Below are positions 57,592 to 64,000 of a stretch of 64,000 nt of DNA, one piece after another. The notes beneath the pieces are model-generated. The model had not been told where the DNA came from. It saw only the letters and a list, made by a program, of their open reading frames with translations, and ran no database searches. The stretch comes from Salisapilia sapeloensis CBS 127946. Its lineage: Eukaryota; Protista; Oomycota. A program made the translations under genes and the position numbers. The stretch spans positions 1 to 64,000 of the forward strand of contig JAADVB010000068.1 of the NCBI GenBank assembly GCA_023334545.1, written 5' to 3'. Position 1 is the first letter of the stretch; every line of letters begins with the position of its first letter.

Positions 57592-60180
57592 TCTAGTGGA
57601 TCGACAATTGCCCTCATTGAATGACATGATACGACTTATACAATACTTTTTTCTTTCTTTCTTGGTCTTTATTTAAGTAAAAGTTATTTTATATTTATTT
57701 AGATGATTCTACTAAAAATATACTTTGGATGTCGAATCAGTCGAGCAGCCGCACGCAAGTCGATGGTTGCCTAGAACTTTCATGTCGATTGTAAGACTCG
57801 ACCTTGATGATTTTTAGACGTGGCGAGTTCAGTCGAAACAGCTTGTGAAGAGCTCCGACTAGATAAAGAATTTTTTAGCGACAAAGCTGCAGCGAAAGTG
57901 TATAAGAGAAGGCTAGATTAAAATAGCAAATTGTAATAGATTGTATTCTTTTCGTGGTATATGCTTCTGTGGTATTTATAGATAAAACTTGGTGATTATG
58001 TCTTAGCGATGGAGCATTAGTGGATGAGTATTCCATTAAACGATAGACGGATTAGAAAGTTGTCCTGAACGATTGCTTCTACGTGTTCAGCTGGACGGAC
58101 GATTGTCGACAGCGAAAAGATAATCCGCAAAAGTCACTGTCTTCAGTTTTGATTGAAAAATTTGACGTAGAAACTTTGTATTTCCATGTAGTTGCATGTA
58201 CTGCGTGCTTTGGTTTTATGATACAATGAAAGCAACGTTATATTTTTGCTCCATATGAACCTCTACAATGGTATTTATGTTTGGAATATGTGTATCAACG
58301 TACCCGCAATGTGCTTCAATTGAGAATGTGGGGATATCTTGTGCTATGCTTTCATCTCTTCCTGGTCCATCGCTCTCTTCGTTTACGTGCAAGTCTGCTC
58401 ACCTGTATGTACGTGCACGAGAGAACCAATGGCATCCTCGCCTCTTACTTTTAAAAAGCTCACCTGCCCAATTCATCGATCGGTTCCGAGACAATTATAA
58501 ACTCAAGACTAGGGTCATTGATCCTTCCAGTCATCTTCTTAGGCCAAAGTATCAACTTGCAGTTCGAGGATCCTCGGATTAGCATCTCGCTTCTTTTAAA
58601 AGATAATTTGCAATCAAGAAGATGCTTTGGGTATTTTAATTCAAAAATAAATTGAGTATAAAGTTGGCGATAAAAATAGAAGCGCTGCCGTCTCTTTAAT
58701 ATCTTCTGCTGACATGAACATCCTTCAAAAGCTAGCGAAGCGTATGGTCAGGATAGAGAGGTCGAGTCGTGTGGAAACACAGCGTCTTCTAGATTTATCG
58801 CATGCATTCTTTCTCGATCCGACGTGGAGACTCGCGCAATCCAATCTATCCAGAAAGCACAGTGAAAAGGGTGCAAGCCAAAGGATTCTTTAAACGAGGC
58901 CAATCCGTGTCCAGTGTAGGGCACAGCAATCTCAACGTAGCCTTTTTGGTAAAGGTTTCTCTGTCCTATAGGCTTGCTCGAAATGCATATATCATGTCTG
59001 TTCAGTAGAGACAGTTACTTGTTCCTGCCAAGAGTCGCTGGAACGATCCCTAGCAGACCATTACTTGACACGCGACGACTCGGACATTCTCGTCATTTAA
59101 CATTCATCAATAGTGATACAAGCATTCCTTTTCTCGGTCATGATTCTGGTCCGTGGAATACCATGGTCAAAATCAAGACGAGATGCCTTTTGCCTGTCGC
59201 CGTCAGTCAAGTTACTGCTTTGAATAGGACAATCAGCTGTTAAGCATCTGCAGGTCAGAGTCACACGGGTACCCATCTCGCTGCACGCAGCGAGCAAAGA
59301 TCTTGGGGTTACATATCCGACAAAGTCTCTGCATGCATGTGCGTTTTCAAATAAAACTCTATGTATAATAGCATACCGATACTCGATAAGAAGCATTCTC
59401 TTCACCAAGTTTCCAGTCAATTAATAAATAGACACATCCTGTTGCCCTGATATACAATCTGGCTATAGAACCTGACCGAGCAAAAGTGAAGGTTCGGGCG
59501 AAAACGGGTGTGCATATAACATGCGAAACGTGAAAACCAAGTTCGAGCTTGCTTCGAGACTGTCGCACCGAGCTTGGCGCCACTCAAGTCGCGTCAGAAT
59601 GTACGGTTGGCCATCCACTAGGCATGCGCGAGACAACATAGATATGTGAAAATGCTGATGCAAATAAAACGCTGCAGGTGCATGCAAATTTAAATACATT
59701 CAGAACGGTATGGAAGTTGGATACAATTTGTATATCCCTTCGAGTTTTCTGTCTACCAACCCACCTACGTCTCCGATCCACCTCTAGCACATAGACTTTC
59801 GCTTACAGGAATGCACAGGAAGATACGATGCTCGTAGAAGCATAATGCGTAGCAGCGGTAGTTCGACAAGATGTAATCATGGATTCGTCTCACGAACCTC
59901 CCATCTGGACACGGGGGAAGACAAGAATTAAAGCGTGTCTATGCATTCCTCATCACTTCTTCCTTCCGTTCTACTCGTACAAGAGTCTAACTTGCAAACG
60001 CTAGTACCATCTCCATCTCTTCCATCCAAACGTCGTGTTGTCTATTCCATCGAAAAAAAATCGTCTCGGCCAGCAAGCTCGCTCAATTCGATCTGACTGG
60101 CTCCCATCCGGTGCGATCAGAATCCCAGTCGATTACGCAAAGACTTGACTTGTTTGCTCCAAAAAATTTATCTACCAAAA

Positions 60181-60197
60181 GCTCATTTCGTAAAAAT
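60181..60197 (+). promoter_or_regulatory. Oomycete initiator motif GCTCATTTCG
   Basis: Fits GCTCATTYYN; 58 nt upstream of ATG 60239. Confidence 0.45.
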
Positions 60198-60238
60198 CAC
60201 TCGACCCACCAAGCTACCAGATACCGGATACAGTCATC

Positions 60239-60925
60239 ATGCCAGTAGATCAACATGAGTACAACTCTCCCGATTTGGAAGAAGAAGAGGAACATGGACT
60301 CGAACGAGTGAGTTCGATGAAAAAAGTACTTTCATTCATCGGTGGAAACCGCATGTCCGCTCCGCCACTTCAGCCGACGCCGGTGGAACCCAATAGGTGG
60401 TCCAACGCGACCGTCCCACTCGGATTCCTCACCCGTGTCGACCGCATTCGTGTCCGAGACACAGTCGTACGCGATAAAGTCACCTACTATACCATGGAAG
60501 TGTACCTGTACCACCCGAATTCTCGACTACCGACAAACCAAGTGAACCCCAAGCGACAGCACCGTCGCCAGTCCTCGGCGTCGGACACCACGGACGAAAA
60601 TGACGACCGGGAGCCGGATCTAAAAGTCGAGCGTCGTTTCTCGCAATTCGCTCAGCTGCGAGACGACATCTTCCGCCACGCCTCGATCGACACTGTCGCC
60701 GGTACATGCAACTACTGCTACAACATCATGTTGTACCTGCGCTTTAAACTCGCCCAGCCACGGACGCTGGTGAAGATGGCGACGTCCGTGAACCAGCGAA
60801 AACGCATTTTGGAAAGTTTTATGAACGACATCATCGATCTGGCACAAGGACGCGTGCGAGACCCGCAGCGATGTGAAGGCCACGAGCATGTGCCGGCGCT
60901 CCTTCAGTCCTTCCTGGAAGACTGA
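60239..60925 (+). CDS. Oomycete-type PX-like domain protein; intronless
   Basis: VTYYTMEVYL..KVERRFSQFAQLRDDI (PX RRYSxFxxL), CxxC, QRKRILESFM..C..HEHVPALLQSFL. Confidence 0.8.
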   Translation: MPVDQHEYNSPDLEEEEEHGLERVSSMKKVLSFIGGNRMSAPPLQPTPVEPNRWSNATVPLGFLTRVDRIRVRDTVVRDKVTYYTMEVYLYHPNSRLPTNQVNPKRQHRRQSSASDTTDENDDREPDLKVERRFSQFAQLRDDIFRHASIDTVAGTCNYCYNIMLYLRFKLAQPRTLVKMATSVNQRKRILESFMNDIIDLAQGRVRDPQRCEGHEHVPALLQSFLED

Positions 60926-61165
60926 GTTTTGTACACCCTTGAAAGCAAGGCTATTTAAGCGCACACGATGCACGAGTGACTGCCGAGGTCGTGTCGAGAT
61001 GTCGATAACATGCAACAGAGTTAATACATTATCCCCGTTTTCTATTCTACTAGTTCATCTTGCCAAGTTACCATCATCAGTAGATTTTCAATACTAGAGA
61101 AGAGCGTTTCAAGATATATTTGGTCGTAGATCGAGACACACAGCCATTATTTTGCTGGGCACAAG

Positions 61166-62581
61166 ATGCTTCGGACGTGCCTGACGCTGTGGACGGCGCT
61201 ATGCTTGCTCCCGACCCACTTGGTCGCCTTGGCAGACACACAAGAGACTTATGAGATAGTTTCCAAGTATGCTTTATACATGCACGAACGTAGCGCTGGG
61301 ACGTGTTTTGATAAGATGTGACGTAGATCATTCGAAGGAGACTCGGTCGTCGCCACGGTCCGGACGAATGGACTCTTGGCGCTCCTCTATGACCAAACGA
61401 TCATCGGTCTAGAGTTTGATGACCCGAACGTCCGTGATCAAGCCGCCTTCCCAGCCTTTGGTATCATGCAAGCCGTGTCGTTCTTGGACCGACCAAAGGA
61501 GCGAGCCATGCAGATCGGTCTAGGCATCGGCACTGTACCAAGTTTCCTTCGCAAGAGGAGGATTCCCACAGGTTTCTACCATTTTCAAGAGAGATGTCAT
61601 TGTAGATACTGAATAAGCTTAGACGCGGTGGAGATCAGTGAAGCTGTCGTGGCGCATGCTGCCGAAAACTTCCAGTACGAACGGTGTGAAGAGGAGGATT
61701 ATCGAGACTGTCCACTGGGCAAAACGTACGTGACGGACGGGTTGGCATTCATCAAAGATCCACCAAGTGAACCGATCTATGACATCTTTACGATCGACGT
61801 GTACACCGGTACGAATGCATCCTACTTGCTTCGCTCTAGTGACTTCTAAACGTACACGAGTAGGCTGGAACCCATTGGCGTTCTTCGTGAAAGAGATCAT
61901 GAACATTGTTCATACCAAGTGGCTCAAGCAGAACGGAGTCCTCGTACTCAACTTTGTCGGGTACTACAGTGGCCCCCACTCGGTCGTCCCACGGTCCATC
62001 TACAAGACGCTCCAGACCGAGTTTCCACACGTCCATGCTCACCGGTACATAACCATCTCCCGATATCTTATAGATTAAAAACTCAACGACGTCAATAGAG
62101 AAATGGAAGAGTATGATCCGGAGGAAGCTGCCAATATCATCTTCTTCGCTTCGGACAAACCCATCACATTCAAAGTACCTACGACCGGTCCATTCGAGAA
62201 TCCTAGTCCCAGAACTGTCTTTAACGTAAATCTCTTCTCTTGTACTTGTTATAAATCTCTACTAACCATTTGCTTGCATAGGCCATGAAAAAGTTCCAAG
62301 AGTGGGAGGTACATCCTCCTTTCCACCATTTTCCTATCGTCATCTAATCTCTACCGACATAGATCTTCCATGAGGTCCAGGTCGAAATCCAACAGAGCGT
62401 CGGGGATGAGAACGTTGCATTCGGACAGGAGGACCAGTCCGGCGTCCGAATCCTCACGGAAGCCGACAATGGACAGCACGACTTTGCTGCCACCCACGCC
62501 TTGACCCAAGAGCACATGCAGACTCGTGTCGTGGATCAATTCCCACAAGCCATGTGGGACGAGTTACGAGCAAAAGCGTAG
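61166..62581 (+). CDS. Class I SAM-dependent methyltransferase, spermidine-synthase-like (SpeE / METTL13-CTD-like) with N-terminal signal peptide; multi-exon
   Basis: Motif I RAMQIGLGIGTVP, motif II DAVEISEAVV, TDGLAFI, FTIDVYTG, NGVLVLNFVG, ANIIFFASD. First exon MLRTCLTLWTALCLLPTHLVALA splices in frame. Confidence 0.75.
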
Positions 62582-62624
62582 CGGATGCGAAAAGAAGAAA
62601 AAAAATACATTGCTTTCCTAGCGC

Positions 62625-64000
62625 CTACATGACACGTCGTCTCTTACTTCCTTGCTCCGAGTACTGTTGCATCATATTCGCCAGCACATTCGTTTCAAAG
62701 TCCGGAAGGATAAAGAAGCGACTGAGATCCTGATACTCTCGCCATAACGCTTCCACTTCCTGCATCTGATGACTATTATCTCGTGGCAAAGCATTCACTT
62801 GTTCCAGCCACGCACGTGCCTTCTCGACATGTCCTTCGATCGTCTGCCGAACATCATCATAGTCTCGTCGTGGAAAAGAAAAGTTCGGCTGATGCGTATC
62901 TTGCAGCAGCAACACCAAGTGCGTATATCTCGGTAGAGATTTCGTATCAAAGACCAGTCGACATGCACGAAGACACCAATGGAGCGCAGCTAGCGATCCC
63001 ATCGCACCATCAAGACTGACCTCGAGATCCGTCACTTGGAGCATGAGTTCCATCAGCCGTGCTTCTTCCGCATGACAATCAATCCTAGAAAACGCCGCAG
63101 GAACAATATACGAAGTGAACTCGCGCACATACTCCTTCACGCACTCCTCCACCTGCTTGACCTTATCCATGTACCTAACCAGCTCCACTCCCCCCACGGG
63201 CACCGCCACGAGACTCGACTCGAGTTTACTCATCAGACGCTCGACTTTACTGACCGAAGGCTGCTTCCCAAGACACTCCTGTCGCACCTCTCGCTTATCC
63301 ATATAGTAGAGGTTCTGTCGAATGACACATCGAGCGCATCGATACACGTCCAAGTGGTCCATATCCGCTCCGTTCATCCCAATGCAACTGGCGTGATACC
63401 ACTCGTCACAGCAATCGCAACATACCATCGGAGCACGCTCTTCTCCTCTGCACAAACAAAAGAGCGACGGCGTAGTTTCATGTCCTTTCATGCGTACGAC
63501 CGGCAGTCTCGAAGGCGGTGGCTGGCATCGGAAACAGACACCAGGAGTCGACTGCACGACGCGACTTCCAGATCGATGGAACATTTGCTGTTCGACGCAT
63601 TGCGGGTGGAAGAGGAGCGAGCAGCGAGAGCAGCGACCCATAGGGACACGAGACGACGGCAGTTGCTCACAGATGCACTGGAGACGATGGACTGGATCGA
63701 TGCTACGTCGAGGGAACGTATGGAACTTGTGGGTAACGTCGCGGAAGAACTCTTGGACGCTACCTTCCGATCGTAAGAAGAGACTCGACAGCTCCTGCGT
63801 CCATCGACGACAGTCTTCCAGTCGTGCGCCTAGCTGCCGCTTCAGCAGAGACGACGACTGGACGTAGCATGCATCCGCGTCGTGGTAAAAGCTCTCGGCC
63901 TGATCAAGAGAAGGTTTCGTCCGTCCAGTAGCTTGTAACAGCTCTTCCGCACGTTCTTCCCACTCCCTTCTCTTACGCAGTACTCTTGCTACCTTGTCTG
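62625..64000 (-). CDS. 3' part of a PHD-finger / PLU-1-like repeat protein, probably KDM5/JARID1 family (5' end beyond window)
   Basis: The frame is open from the window edge. Helical W-spaced repeats (REWEERAEELL, DCRRWTQEL, KARAWLEQV) and two C4HC3 PHD fingers (CIC..CSRC..FHPQC..CFRC; CLC..MVCCDCCDEWYHASCIG..YRCARC). The JmjC domain itself is not in the window. Confidence 0.75.
   Translation of the reverse strand, partial: DKVARVLRKRREWEERAEELLQATGRTKPSLDQAESFYHDADACYVQSSSLLKRQLGARLEDCRRWTQELSSLFLRSEGSVQEFFRDVTHKFHTFPRRSIDPVHRLQCICEQLPSSRVPMGRCSRCSLLFHPQCVEQQMFHRSGSRVVQSTPGVCFRCQPPPSRLPVVRMKGHETTPSLFCLCRGEERAPMVCCDCCDEWYHASCIGMNGADMDHLDVYRCARCVIRQNLYYMDKREVRQECLGKQPSVSKVERLMSKLESSLVAVPVGGVELVRYMDKVKQVEECVKEYVREFTSYIVPAAFSRIDCHAEEARLMELMLQVTDLEVSLDGAMGSLAALHWCLRACRLVFDTKSLPRYTHLVLLLQDTHQPNFSFPRRDYDDVRQTIEGHVEKARAWLEQVNALPRDNSHQMQEVEALWREYQDLSRFFILPDFETNVLANMMQQYSEQGSKRRRVM

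Noticed and set aside
6124-60925. Apparent endo-lysosomal theme (FYVE myosin, S53, GNPTG-like, TBC, PX)
   Set aside because: The genes are scattered among unrelated housekeeping genes over 55 kb; there is no evidence of a functional cluster.
10177-64000. Apparent chromatin/cell-cycle theme (CENP-C, CEP162, BRE1, CDK1, KDM5-like)
   Set aside because: These are common gene classes, not adjacent, and share no motif that I could see.
1-64000. tRNA, rRNA, snRNA, CRISPR arrays, intact transposons, non-standard genetic code
   Set aside because: I saw no T-loop/cloverleaf, rRNA segment, repeat-spacer array, or RT/integrase/DDE motif. Conserved genes translate correctly with the standard code and use all three stops. 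A covariance-model scan would be needed to exclude small ncRNAs.

Overview
Compact, gene-dense eukaryotic genomic DNA, most consistent with an oomycete-like stramenopile. Evidence: short GT-AG introns of about 50-70 nt, oomycete-type GCTCATTYYN initiator-like motifs, an oomycete-type PX-like protein, and ciliary genes (CEP162, a D/D-domain protein). The species cannot be determined from the sequence. About 31 protein-coding genes can be supported, mostly in alternating orientation. In order they are: FOXRED1-like oxidoreductase, coiled-coil protein, NHL-repeat protein, myosin I with FYVE-like insert, CENP-C, HAD-like protein, F-box/LRR, double D/D-domain protein, eIF4E2, CEP162, eIF6, S53 peptidase, BRE1, CaaX protein, sugar porter, BMT5/DUF2431, GNPTG-like MRH protein, TBC-ankyrin protein, GAF-PDE, PXMP4, CBS-PB1, TMUB/Dsc3-like Ubl protein, RWDD2, UTP13, MFSD6-like, TauE, CDK1, DUF389, PX-like, SpeE-like methyltransferase, and the 3' part of a PHD/PLU-1 (KDM5-like) gene. 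I saw no tRNA, rRNA, CRISPR array or intact mobile element. I found no operon-like novel system. The most notable oddities are: (1) an orphan MIO (ammonia-lyase) signature in an exon-like segment near position 400; (2) a myosin I with a zinc-ligand-depleted FYVE and a VASP/WH2-like tail; (3) a fungal-type xDQGW-domain protein with a CaaX box; (4) a signal-peptide-bearing SAM methyltransferase; (5) a membrane-anchored TPP1-like peptidase and a GNPTG-like protein; (6) extreme compaction, with 46 nt between divergent start codons and all 11 convergent gaps under 100 nt. Exon boundaries were inferred by eye, and all homology calls are from recalled motifs rather than database searches.
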